Notes under the pieces: generated by a model
What the model saw: only the letters and a program-made list of their open reading frames with translations
Databases searched by the model: none
What the model was told of the DNA's origin: nothing
Origin: Patescibacteria group bacterium
GTDB lineage: Bacteria > Patescibacteriota > Patescibacteriia > JAXHNJ01
Assembly (NCBI GenBank): GCA_041649715.1
Contig: JBAZMP010000001.1
Coordinates: 436,638-500,637 of the forward strand
Direction of reading: 5' to 3'
DNA length: 64,000 nucleotides
Position numbers and translations under genes: made by a program
Shown here: positions 30,044 to 39,749 of the stretch, one piece after another
Layout: each line of letters opens with the position of its first letter
Numbering within the stretch: the stretch's first letter is position 1

Positions 30044-30829
30044 ATGGAAACATCATCTATTATAAACGAAGAAGTTAGATTCAAAAAATTAAGGATTTAT
30101 AATGTCGTCATGGCTATTTTTCACGCGATTCAGGGCGTATTGATGCTGGTTTTAAGTACTAGTTTTTCCTTGCCCGTGACTACGTCTTTTGTCCAATATA
30201 GCTCCACGGCCGGTAAGCTGGAACCGGTAATAAAGCAAGCTTTTGAAATAAGGCTCGGACTATTAGTCGCAATTTTTCTCTTTCTTTCCGCCCTGGCTCA
30301 TTTTTTGGTTTCCACGTTCTTTTATCGATGGTATGTGAATAATCTAAAGAGGGGGTTGAATTTGGCCCGTTGGATCGAATATTCTTTTAGCTCTTCGTTG
30401 ATGATCGTGGTTATCTCAATGTTGGTCGGGATTTATGATGGCGTAAGCCTAATGCTGATTTTCTTTCTTAATATGATGATGATACTTTTCGGCTGGCTGA
30501 TGGAAGTACATAATCAAACCACGCCAAAGATTAATTGGACTGCATTTATTTTCGGCTGTTTAGCGGGAGCCATTCCCTGGGTGGCAGTCGCCCTGTATTT
30601 GTTTGGTTCGGGAACGCCCGGAGCGAAACCGCCGACTTTTGTCTATTGGATCTTCTTTTCTATTTTTCTTTTCTTTAATATATTTGCCGTCAATATGGTA
30701 TTGCAATATAAAAAAACGGGTAAATGGCGAGATTATCTTTACGGCGAAAAGGTCTATATAATATTAAGTCTGGTGGCTAAATCATTGCTCGCCTGGCAGG
30801 TCTGGGCGGGAACGTTAAGGCCGGTCTAG
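30044..30829 (+). CDS. Heliorhodopsin
   Basis: TM1 FHAIQ, TM2 SALAH, TM3 RWIEYSFSSSLM, TM7 YIILSLVAKSLLAWQ carrying the retinal-binding Lys; 7 TM. Confidence 0.93.
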   Translation: METSSIINEEVRFKKLRIYNVVMAIFHAIQGVLMLVLSTSFSLPVTTSFVQYSSTAGKLEPVIKQAFEIRLGLLVAIFLFLSALAHFLVSTFFYRWYVNNLKRGLNLARWIEYSFSSSLMIVVISMLVGIYDGVSLMLIFFLNMMMILFGWLMEVHNQTTPKINWTAFIFGCLAGAIPWVAVALYLFGSGTPGAKPPTFVYWIFFSIFLFFNIFAVNMVLQYKKTGKWRDYLYGEKVYIILSLVAKSLLAWQVWAGTLRPV

Positions 30830-30917
30830 GAAAAACAATAAATAATGGAGCAAATCCCTTAGGCTCGCCGTTTTTCTGTTGCCAAAAGATCGAGTTTGAC
30901 ATATAATATATATTAAT

Positions 30918-32600
30918 ATGTCAATAAGACGTAAGGTTTGGTTAACTTTTTCCGGTATTATTCTACTCGCTGTATTAGCGGGTTTGCTTGATTACCCCAA
31001 AGGCCCGAATATTAAAATTGGCTCATATTTTAAGGAAATCAAAGTTCATCTGGGCCTGGACCTTTCTGGCGGTACCCGCTTGGTCTATCAAGCCGACACC
31101 GCCAACATAGCCGAAGCGGATAAGGCTTCCGCCTTGGATGGGGTTCGTGACGTCATTGAAAGACGGATTAACGCTTTCGGCGTTTCCGAACCGGTTATTC
31201 AGACCAACAAATCTGGAGAAAATTGGCGGGTAACCGTTGAATTACCTGGCATCACCGATATCAGCCAGGCAATAAAGCTTATCGGGGAAACGCCGCTTTT
31301 GGAATTTAAAGAAGAAGCCCCGGCGGCCGTTCTGTCGGATGAACAAAAAAAAGAAATCGAAGATTATAATAAGCAGGCGAAAGAGAAGGCCCTGGGGATG
31401 TTAGCGGAAGCACTAAAAAGCGGCGCGGATTTTGCCGCTTTGGCTAGCGAGTATAGCGAAGATCCGGGCAGTAAAGATCAGGGCGGTGATTTGGGCTTTT
31501 TTGGTGAAGGGGAGATGGTAGCTGAGTTTAACGAGGTGGCATTTAGCAAAGCGGTAAAAGGTGTGGTCTATCCGGAGCTCGTCGAGACGGTCTATGGTTA
31601 TCATATTATCTTAAAAACCGATGAAAAAGTGACCGATGGCAAAAAAGAGGTAAGGGCTTCTCACATTCTGATCCTTAAAAAAAGCGAAGCCGATTACCAA
31701 ACCGGCGAAGCGTACGTTGAGACCGGTCTTTCCGGCCAACAATTGCAAAGAGCCTTTGTGGAGTTTGACCAGAACACTGGAGCGCCGAGCGTCGGTTTGG
31801 AATTCAACGACGAGGGAAAGAAATTATTTTCCGACATTACTGAGAGAAATATTAATAAGATTGTCGCTATTTATCTGGATGGTTCTCCGATTTCATTGCC
31901 TACGGTAAATTCCAAAATTACGGAAGGAACGGCCGTCATTACCGGTAATTTTACTCTGACCGAGGCCAAGACCTTGGCTCAACGTCTAAACTCCGGGGCT
32001 TTACCCGTGCCCATCACTTTAATAAGTCAGCAGAATATCGGGGCCACTTTAGGTAAAATATCGGTTCAAAAAAGCTTGTTCGCCGGACTTTTAGGACTGT
32101 TTTCTGTCGCCTTCTTTATGATCATTTTTTACCGTTTACCCGGTCTTCTTTCCGTTCTCGCCCTCATTATTTATTCTTTAGTCGCGTTGGCCATTTTTAA
32201 GCTTTGGCCAGTGACCATGACCTTGGCCGGTGTCGCCGGTTTTATCCTTTCCATCGGTATGGCGGTGGATGCCAATGTATTGATTTTTGAACGGATGAAG
32301 GAAGAACTAGAGGCGGGAAAACCTTTGGATTTGGCAATTGAAGACGGATTTAAACGGGCCTGGCTTTCCATCCGTGATTCAAACGTTTCTTCCATTATCA
32401 CTTGTATTATATTGGCTTGGTTTGGAACAAGCTTAATAAAGGGATTTGCCATTACTTTAGCCATCGGCATCTTCGTTTCTATGTTCTCGGCGATCACGGT
32501 CACCCGAACTTTTTTAAGACTGATGGTCGGTCCCCGCTTATCCAGCCATTTGGCCTGGTTCGGCGTTAAACAAAATCATACACCAGAAAAAAATGTATAA
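30918..32600 (+). CDS. secD: Protein translocase subunit SecD with an inserted parvulin-type PPIase domain
   Basis: LGLDLSGG, RINAFGVSEP, LNSGALP, GMAVDANVLIFER, AWLSIRDSN; insert FAALASEYSEDPGSKDQGGDLGFF...VETVYGYHII. Confidence 0.95.
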   Translation: MSIRRKVWLTFSGIILLAVLAGLLDYPKGPNIKIGSYFKEIKVHLGLDLSGGTRLVYQADTANIAEADKASALDGVRDVIERRINAFGVSEPVIQTNKSGENWRVTVELPGITDISQAIKLIGETPLLEFKEEAPAAVLSDEQKKEIEDYNKQAKEKALGMLAEALKSGADFAALASEYSEDPGSKDQGGDLGFFGEGEMVAEFNEVAFSKAVKGVVYPELVETVYGYHIILKTDEKVTDGKKEVRASHILILKKSEADYQTGEAYVETGLSGQQLQRAFVEFDQNTGAPSVGLEFNDEGKKLFSDITERNINKIVAIYLDGSPISLPTVNSKITEGTAVITGNFTLTEAKTLAQRLNSGALPVPITLISQQNIGATLGKISVQKSLFAGLLGLFSVAFFMIIFYRLPGLLSVLALIIYSLVALAIFKLWPVTMTLAGVAGFILSIGMAVDANVLIFERMKEELEAGKPLDLAIEDGFKRAWLSIRDSNVSSIITCIILAWFGTSLIKGFAITLAIGIFVSMFSAITVTRTFLRLMVGPRLSSHLAWFGVKQNHTPEKNV

Positions 32601-33483
32601 CATCATCCAAAAAAGAAATTTTTTCTTTTCCGTTTCAGGTGTTTTTATTATCATTAGCCTGGTATTCATATTCTTGGGCGGTCTTAAGTTCAGTATTGAT
32701 TTTACCGGCGGGGCGCTGATGCAAGTTGAGTTTAAAGGGGAAAGACCATCCGCGCCGGAAGTCGAAGCCTCTTTGGCGGAGTTAAACCTGGGAACTATTA
32801 ATATTCAGAACGTCGGAGAGAAGGACATGATTCTAAAAATGAGAAATATTAATAACGACGAAAGAGTATCCATAACGGAAAATCTCCAAAACCTCAGACC
32901 GATGGAGGAAAAAACCTTTGACACGGTCGGTCCGATTATTGGCCAGGAGTTGAAAAGAAAAGCGATCTACGCCAATATTTTAGTATTAATCTGTATTATT
33001 ATTTATCTCGCCTGGGCTTTCCGTAAAATATCCTCTTATAGAGTTTCCAGCTGGCTGTTCGGCATAAACGCAGTCATTGCCCTGATCCATGATATATTAA
33101 TCACGATCGGACTTTTCTCCGTTTTAGGTTATTTTTTTAATATAGAAGTGGACAGCCTTTTCGTTACGGCTCTTCTTACTATCTTGGGTTTTTCCGTTCA
33201 TGACACAATCGTCGTATTCGACCGGATCCGTGAAGGAATAAAAAAAGATTTTTCTTCGCCGTTCGAAACGATAATAAACCGAAGTATTAATGAAACCATG
33301 ATCCGTTCTCTGAATACTACCATCACCACTTTTTTGGTTTTGATCGCTTTATTTCTTTTTGGCGGTGAATCTGTGAAGTACTTTGTTCTCGCCCTGATGT
33401 TCGGCATCGTTATCGGGACCTATTCTTCAATATTTATCGCTTCGCCACTTCTTTTGCTTTGGAACCGTTTCCGAACAAAATAA
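32593..33483 (+). CDS. secF: Protein translocase subunit SecF
   Basis: IDFTGG, VGPIIG, HD, GFSVHDTIVVFDRIRE, RSLNT, GTYSSIFIA. Confidence 0.96.
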   Translation: MYNIIQKRNFFFSVSGVFIIISLVFIFLGGLKFSIDFTGGALMQVEFKGERPSAPEVEASLAELNLGTINIQNVGEKDMILKMRNINNDERVSITENLQNLRPMEEKTFDTVGPIIGQELKRKAIYANILVLICIIIYLAWAFRKISSYRVSSWLFGINAVIALIHDILITIGLFSVLGYFFNIEVDSLFVTALLTILGFSVHDTIVVFDRIREGIKKDFSSPFETIINRSINETMIRSLNTTITTFLVLIALFLFGGESVKYFVLALMFGIVIGTYSSIFIASPLLLLWNRFRTK

Positions 33484-33544
33484 TATATTAAACAATAAAA
33501 GATAAAATTTGCCAAATGATATCTTTTATTTTGTATTAATTTGC

Positions 33545-33573
33545 TTGACATTTTGATAAAAGTATGCTATACT
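33545..33573 (+). promoter_or_regulatory. Sigma70 promoter
   Basis: TTGACA-17-TATACT with a TGn extension. Confidence 0.75.
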
Positions 33574-33646
33574 ATTATCAGAGTTTAGTTATTGTTTGTG
33601 CGTAATCCTCTGAAAATTACGCTAATATTAAAGAAATTTTAAATAT

Positions 33647-34765
33647 ATGAACGATCAAAATTCAATATTAGACAAAATAATAACCTCCAAGCAAACTGAA
33701 GACGTATCACAATTCAATCCCCAGGATAAAGTTTCCAGCTTCTTGAAATTAGTCAGTGACAAGGAGGGGGATATACTTCGCCGTCGCTACGGACTTAACG
33801 GGAAAAGAGAAGAAACTTTGGAAGAGATCGGCGGCATTTATGGCGTCACGCGGGAAAGAATCCGGCAGGTTGAAAATTTGACTTTGCAGAAGATAAAACA
33901 GGCTAAGGAATTTAACGGGCTTATCCAGACGGTTGAAGGGATAATCAGCAGTTTTCTCCATCAGCACGGGGGAATTATGGAAGAAGAGTATCTTTTTTGG
34001 AAAATACTTTCATTTTGTGGCGATTCAGAAATAAACCGGAAATCGCTTTCTTTTATTCTTACCCGGCTCTTGTCTGACAAATTCAAGAAAATCAAAAGTG
34101 ACACCATTAAACCTTCCTGGCTGCTCAAAAGCCAGAATCTTGATCTTTTAAATAAAACACATGAAGCTTTGCAGAAGATATTTGAGAATGAGAATAAACC
34201 CCTGGGTCAAGATGAAATTTTGGCAAAATTTAAGCTTACAGAAATTTATAAAGCCGAAAGCCAGTGGTTAAAGGATGAGGTGGTAATCTCCTATTTAAAA
34301 ACTTTTGCGAAAGTTTCTTCTAATCCGTTTGATGAGTACGGCCTGATTTCCTGGGGTTCCATCACCCCTAAGCGTATCAACGACAAGATTTATCTTATTC
34401 TGAAAAAAAATGGTCAACCCATGCATTTTACAAAAATCGCCGAGATGGTTAATAAGGCGAGTTTTGATGACAAAAAAGCTTATCCGCCCACCGTGCATAA
34501 CGAATTAATATTGAATGACCGTTACGTCCTGGTCGGACGCGGCATTTACGCCCTTAAAGAATGGGGCTATAAGCCGGGAGTAGTTATTGACGTACTGACG
34601 GAAATTTTAAAAAGCGAGAGCAGGCCATTAACTCGTGATGAAGTGATCAAAAAAGTGATGGAAAAAAGAATGGTCAAAAAAAATACTATCCTTCTTGCCC
34701 TGACCAATAAAGAAAGATTTAAAAAGCTGACGGATGGCACCTATACTTTGAATAATCCTCAATAA
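33647..34765 (+). CDS. Sigma-70 region-4 HTH plus winged-helix (HARE-HTH/RNAP-delta-like) protein, CPR-type
   Basis: RRYGL...TLEEIGGIYGVTRERIRQVE; C-terminal PMHF...TVHNELI..RYVLVGRGIYALKEWG; no sigma region 2. Confidence 0.8.
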   Translation: MNDQNSILDKIITSKQTEDVSQFNPQDKVSSFLKLVSDKEGDILRRRYGLNGKREETLEEIGGIYGVTRERIRQVENLTLQKIKQAKEFNGLIQTVEGIISSFLHQHGGIMEEEYLFWKILSFCGDSEINRKSLSFILTRLLSDKFKKIKSDTIKPSWLLKSQNLDLLNKTHEALQKIFENENKPLGQDEILAKFKLTEIYKAESQWLKDEVVISYLKTFAKVSSNPFDEYGLISWGSITPKRINDKIYLILKKNGQPMHFTKIAEMVNKASFDDKKAYPPTVHNELILNDRYVLVGRGIYALKEWGYKPGVVIDVLTEILKSESRPLTRDEVIKKVMEKRMVKKNTILLALTNKERFKKLTDGTYTLNNPQ

Positions 34766-34772
34766 TATTTTT

Positions 34773-36182
34773 ATGGATATTACGTTAGATTTTTCCACTG
34801 GCGGTTATGCGGACTCCTATTTAGGTCCGTTCTATACTTTGTGGATAATTATTGCTCATGGCGGTTGGGTCGCCCTCGTCATTGCTTTCATTATCGGTTT
34901 TTTCTTGCTTTGGTTGGAATGGCGGCGCAATCTGTTTGACGCCAAGGTAAAATTTATCTTGTTGGCCATTGATATTCCTAAGGAAAATGAGCAGACGCCC
35001 AAAGCCGTGGAAAACATATTTTCACACTTGCACGGCATTCAAAAAAGAGGCAATTTTATTGAAAAGTATATTGGTGGTTACACGCAGCAGTGTTTTTCTT
35101 TGGAGATTATCAGTATCGGCGGATATATCCAATTTCTTATCCGGACACCGGAGGACTGGCGAGATTTAGCCGAAGCCGCCATCTACGCCCAATACCCCAA
35201 TGCGGAAATTACTGAAGTGGAAGATTACACGAAAGATATCAAGATCAAGTTTCCTAATGATGATTATGACATTTGGGGGACGCACATGACCCTAGAGAAA
35301 AAAGACGTATATCCCATTAAAACTTACGTATCTTTCGAAGATCCTTCCACAAAAGAAACGTTTAAAGATCCCATGGCTTCTTTGCTGGAAATAATGAGCC
35401 GTTTAAAAGAGGGGGAGCAGATTTGGATCCAGATGGTAATTTCTCCTGAAGGGAGCAAGGAATGGCGTGATTCCGGTATTAGGGTTATTAAAAAGCTGAT
35501 CGGCGCCAAAACAGAGAGTAAAGGAAAGGATTTATTTTGGCTGCCTAAAAATGTCATCCACGGGGTTAGCGAATCGTTATATGCTTCTATTATCTCCCCA
35601 TCTGATTTATACGGAAGTACCGCCCAAAAGGAGATTCTAAGATGGCCGACCATGATTCAACATTTATCTCCCTCGGAAAGATCGGTCGTGGAGGCGGTCG
35701 GCATAAAAATTTCCAAAATCGCCTTCAAAACAAAAATGAGGGTCATCTACTTGGGCAAAAAAGAAGTTTTCAGCAAAAATCGTTTTGTGCCGGCCATTAT
35801 GGGAGCCCTTAAACAATATAATACTCTGGATATCAACGGTTTAAAGGCCGATGCCAAAACCAAGACCAAGGTGGATTATCCGCCGATAAAGTCGATTATA
35901 GAATGGCGCCAGAACCGGAGAAAATGGCGGGTCATGTGGGGCTATAAATACCGGAGCAGCACGCGCGGGCGTTGCAAGTTTGTTTTAAATATCGAGGAAC
36001 TGGCTACTCTTTTTCATTTTCCGATCATGACGGTGAAAGCTCCGATGGTTAAGAAAACGGAGGCGCGCAAAGCAGAACCGCCGGTCTCTCTGCCCTTGGA
36101 GCAGGCTTACCCCCTTCATAAAAAAAGCGAGGAAGAAATAAGCGAAGAGGAAAAAATTCCCCAGAATATTCCCTTTATTTAA
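34773..36182 (+). CDS. Conserved membrane-anchored protein, partner of the downstream VirD4/HerA-like ATPase
   Basis: N-terminal TM, FSLEIISIGG, IYAQYPNAEITEVEDY, YPIKTY, LNIEELATLFHFP. Confidence 0.7.
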   Translation: MDITLDFSTGGYADSYLGPFYTLWIIIAHGGWVALVIAFIIGFFLLWLEWRRNLFDAKVKFILLAIDIPKENEQTPKAVENIFSHLHGIQKRGNFIEKYIGGYTQQCFSLEIISIGGYIQFLIRTPEDWRDLAEAAIYAQYPNAEITEVEDYTKDIKIKFPNDDYDIWGTHMTLEKKDVYPIKTYVSFEDPSTKETFKDPMASLLEIMSRLKEGEQIWIQMVISPEGSKEWRDSGIRVIKKLIGAKTESKGKDLFWLPKNVIHGVSESLYASIISPSDLYGSTAQKEILRWPTMIQHLSPSERSVVEAVGIKISKIAFKTKMRVIYLGKKEVFSKNRFVPAIMGALKQYNTLDINGLKADAKTKTKVDYPPIKSIIEWRQNRRKWRVMWGYKYRSSTRGRCKFVLNIEELATLFHFPIMTVKAPMVKKTEARKAEPPVSLPLEQAYPLHKKSEEEISEEEKIPQNIPFI

Positions 36183-36187
36183 CACCT

Positions 36188-37897
36188 ATGACCTATCAGT
36201 CAAATACAACCGCCGATGACGTTACCCCGTTCGGCCTGACCAACTTTAGGAATCTCAGGCGGAAATTCGGCATTAAAACCGACGATCGACGCCGGCACAT
36301 GTATCTTATCGGAAAAACCGGTATGGGCAAATCGACGGTCATTGAAAACATGATTATTGATGATATCAAAAAGGGCAAAGGAGTGGCCCTGATCGATCCC
36401 TTGGGCGACCTAGTTGAAAAAGTGATAGATTTTATTCCGAGTTACCGGGTTAATGACGTCGTGTATTTCAACCCCTCGGATCTGGATTATCCCATTGCCT
36501 TTAACGTCCTTGAGTCAATTGATCCGACTCATCACCATTTAATAACTTCCGGTTTGATCGCCGTCTTTAAAAAAATCTGGGTCGATTCCTGGGGCCCACG
36601 TTTGGAGTATGTTTTGCGCAACACTATTTTGGCTCTTTTAGAATATCCGGGCAGCACATTACTGGGAGTGACGCGTCTGCTTGTGGACAAGGATTACCGC
36701 CGCAAAGTTGTCAGCCGTCTGACCGATCCGATCGTCAAAGCCTTCTGGCTGGACGAATATTCGGCCTATTCTAATCAGTTCCGCACCGAAGCGATCTCGC
36801 CTATTCAAAATAAAGTCGGACAGTTTTTGTCCAGCTCGGTAATAAGGAATATCGTGGGTCAGTCAAAAAGCACCATTGATATGCGAGAGATCATGGATAA
36901 CGGGAAAATCCTCCTTATGAATTTGGCCAAGGGTAGGATAGGCGAGGATAATTCTTCCTTGTTAGGCGCTATGATGGTGACAAAAATACAATTAGCGGCC
37001 ATGAGCCGGGTAGACACCCCAGAAGAACAAAGACGCGATTTTTATCTTTATGTCGATGAATTTCAGAATTTTGCTACGGAGAGTTTTGCCACGATTCTTT
37101 CCGAAGCGAGAAAATACCGGTTAAACCTGACCATTGCTCATCAATATATAGAACAACTGGATGAGAAAGTAGCGGCGGCTGTTTTCGGCAATGTGGGGAC
37201 CTTGGTGGTATTCCGTGTCGGGGCGGCCGACGCCGAATTCTTGCTCAAGGAATTTGAGCCGATCTTTACAGAAACGGACTTGGTCAATCTGACCAAGTTT
37301 GAGATATATTTAAAACTGATGATTGATGGTGTTTCCTCCGATCCCTTTTCCGCCCTTACCTTACCGCCTTTGCATGAGCAGGAAAATAATCATGAAAAAA
37401 TAATCTTGGTTTCACGGGAAAGATACACCAAGCCAAGGAAGGAAGTAGAGGAAAAAATTACTCGGTGGAGCGGCGTGGACGACATGTTCCGGGAAACGGC
37501 TCAGGAGGAAAATCGTGCGGAAGAAAGAAATCGTCCGGGCCGTAATTTTGAAGGCGGTAAAAGATTTAAACAGGGGGCGAGGTTTCCGGAAAAAGCTCGA
37601 CCCCAAGAAGAAGGCGGCCGGGAAGAAGAGCCGAAAATTGACCTAAGCAAGGCTAAACTGGAGCCGGTGGCCAGAGAAATAAATGAACCCCCCATTTCTT
37701 TAAGCGAGGCCTTAGCCCGCGGTTCAATTTCTTTCGGCGGAAAAAGTCAAAAGCCATTTCCCTCCCCGTCGCCTGATAGCCGTCCGGCAACCTATGCCCC
37801 GCCTGCCCGGTCAAATATTAACCCCAAAGATAACAGTTATGGATCACCTCAACCCTTAAGACGAGGTCAGGTGGTAAAATTTAACCCTAAATTTTGA
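36188..37897 (+). CDS. VirD4/TraD-like coupling-protein family P-loop ATPase
   Basis: DRRRHMYLIGKTGMGKST, IDPLGD, WGPRLE, YVDEFQNF, LSEARKYRL, AHQY; disordered C-terminal tail. Confidence 0.88.
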   Translation: MTYQSNTTADDVTPFGLTNFRNLRRKFGIKTDDRRRHMYLIGKTGMGKSTVIENMIIDDIKKGKGVALIDPLGDLVEKVIDFIPSYRVNDVVYFNPSDLDYPIAFNVLESIDPTHHHLITSGLIAVFKKIWVDSWGPRLEYVLRNTILALLEYPGSTLLGVTRLLVDKDYRRKVVSRLTDPIVKAFWLDEYSAYSNQFRTEAISPIQNKVGQFLSSSVIRNIVGQSKSTIDMREIMDNGKILLMNLAKGRIGEDNSSLLGAMMVTKIQLAAMSRVDTPEEQRRDFYLYVDEFQNFATESFATILSEARKYRLNLTIAHQYIEQLDEKVAAAVFGNVGTLVVFRVGAADAEFLLKEFEPIFTETDLVNLTKFEIYLKLMIDGVSSDPFSALTLPPLHEQENNHEKIILVSRERYTKPRKEVEEKITRWSGVDDMFRETAQEENRAEERNRPGRNFEGGKRFKQGARFPEKARPQEEGGREEEPKIDLSKAKLEPVAREINEPPISLSEALARGSISFGGKSQKPFPSPSPDSRPATYAPPARSNINPKDNSYGSPQPLRRGQVVKFNPKF

Positions 37898-37901
37898 TAA
37901 T

Positions 37902-38975
37902 ATGGAAATCTCGCGTTTTAAGGAATGCAAAGAGCTTAATCTACATTTTTTTGAATGTCCAACCACTCTATTTTTATTGACCGGGTTCATCACCATAATA
38001 TTGATCTTATCCTCGTTTGTCATTGTTCGCCGTTATTATTCGGATGAAATAGTCTTTTTTATCTCGGTTTTTATTTCCGTGGTGATGATAATCATTTCGT
38101 ATTTTGTCCATGTCGGGACCAGCAAAGTAGCAAGCTCAAAAAAGAGACTGCAGGAAAGCAACAACAAGCTAAGTGAAACACTGATAAAATTAAAAGAGGC
38201 AGAAAAAAAACAAGATGAATTTACCCATTTAATGGTTCACGATCTGCGTTCACCCCTAAACGGAATCCGCATGGTTTCCGAGGTCATTCTCAATGATTTA
38301 AAAAAGCAGCACAAAAATGATCAGCTAGAACCCATTAATTTGATTAATGGTAACGCGGTTCATATGTTGACCCTAGTTAATGATATTTTGGATGTGGCCA
38401 AGATCGAAGCGGGAATGTTCAAACTGGAAAAAAAGAAAAGTGATTTTTCCCTGCTCGCCGCAGATATGGTCCGTTATTTTAAACCCCTCGCTTTAGGAAA
38501 AAACATCAAATTAGAATTGATTGTTGAAGAAAAATTGCCGCCGATAGAGTATGATGAAAGTGCCATGCGCCAGGTTTTTGAGAATTTAATCTCCAATTCT
38601 TTAAAATTTACCCCAGCCGGGGGCAGAATTCAGATTCAAATATTTAAGCATTCAAAGAAACACAATTTGAACGAAGAAGCGCAGAAGCTTCGGATCGAAT
38701 GGAATCTCAAGGGTGGCGATGAAAAATTGGATAACTACCCGGAATCTATCGTCGTCGGAATCACGGATAACGGCCAGGGCATCTCAATAATCGGCCTTTC
38801 TCGCCTTTTTAATAAATTCGAGCAGGCGGAGGGAAGAAGCAAAGGCACGGAAAGAGGAACGGGACTGGGTTTGATCATAGTCAAGGGTATTGTTGAGGCG
38901 CATGGCGGGATAGTGGGGGTGGCCTCTAAAGAATCGCAGGGAACAACCTTTTATTTTAATTTACCGATAAATTAG
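37902..38975 (+). CDS. Membrane sensor histidine kinase
   Basis: Two TM, H-box VHDLRSPL, N-box NLISNSLKF, DNGQG, GTGLGL. Confidence 0.95.
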   Translation: MEISRFKECKELNLHFFECPTTLFLLTGFITIILILSSFVIVRRYYSDEIVFFISVFISVVMIIISYFVHVGTSKVASSKKRLQESNNKLSETLIKLKEAEKKQDEFTHLMVHDLRSPLNGIRMVSEVILNDLKKQHKNDQLEPINLINGNAVHMLTLVNDILDVAKIEAGMFKLEKKKSDFSLLAADMVRYFKPLALGKNIKLELIVEEKLPPIEYDESAMRQVFENLISNSLKFTPAGGRIQIQIFKHSKKHNLNEEAQKLRIEWNLKGGDEKLDNYPESIVVGITDNGQGISIIGLSRLFNKFEQAEGRSKGTERGTGLGLIIVKGIVEAHGGIVGVASKESQGTTFYFNLPIN

Positions 38976-38986
38976 GAAAATAATTT

Positions 38987-39364
38987 ATGGAACCAAAAAA
39001 AATATTAATCATCGAGGACGAAGCGGCTCTTCTTTATGCTTTCAAGGCTCGGCTTACGGTCGAGGGCCTGAATGTTTTGACCGCCAGTACCGCCGAAGAG
39101 GGTTTTGAAATAATAAAAAAGGAAAAGCCTAAATTGATACTTTTGGATTTGATCCTGCCCCAGATGGATGGTTTCAGTTTATTGAAAAAAATAAAAGCAG
39201 ACAGGAATTTTTCTCAAGTTCCCGTTATTATTATTTCCAATTTAAGCAAGAAGGAAAACATGGAAAAGAGTCTGAATTTAGGGGCCCAAGATTATATTGT
39301 CAAATCCGAGTTTAACTTGGACACCTTGATAGCCAAAGTTAAGGAGGTGGCGGACCATGTCTAA
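38987..39364 (+). CDS. Single-domain response regulator
   Basis: ILIIEDE, LLDLILPQMDG, SN, YIVK; no output domain. Confidence 0.93.
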   Translation: MEPKKILIIEDEAALLYAFKARLTVEGLNVLTASTAEEGFEIIKKEKPKLILLDLILPQMDGFSLLKKIKADRNFSQVPVIIISNLSKKENMEKSLNLGAQDYIVKSEFNLDTLIAKVKEVADHV

Positions 39365-39746
39365 TCCGACCAAAAGAATATTAATCATAGAAGATGATCC
39401 GGCTGAGCTTTTTGCTTTAAAAAAAACCGTTGGGGAAGCTGGTTATTCCGTTATTTCTGCCTCGGATGGCCAGACCGGCTTGGAAATGATAAAAAAAGAG
39501 CATCCCGATCTTGTTCTTCTGGATATAATATTGCCAAAAATAAATGGTTTCGACATATTGGAATTAACGAAAAAAGACAGCCAGACAGCTAATATCCCGA
39601 TCATCGTTTTGACCAATTTGAATGATGAAGAAACGTCCATTAAGTCAAGGACTCTCGGCGCAGCCGATCATTTGATAAAAAGTCAGGCTTACCCTCACGA
39701 TATTATCCGAAAAATAGATAATTTAGTCGGTCACGCGAACCCCTAA
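39357..39746 (+). CDS. Single-domain response regulator
   Basis: ILIIEDD, LLDIILPKING, LTN, LIK; no output domain. Confidence 0.93.
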   Translation: MSNPTKRILIIEDDPAELFALKKTVGEAGYSVISASDGQTGLEMIKKEHPDLVLLDIILPKINGFDILELTKKDSQTANIPIIVLTNLNDEETSIKSRTLGAADHLIKSQAYPHDIIRKIDNLVGHANP

Positions 39747-39749
39747 AAT

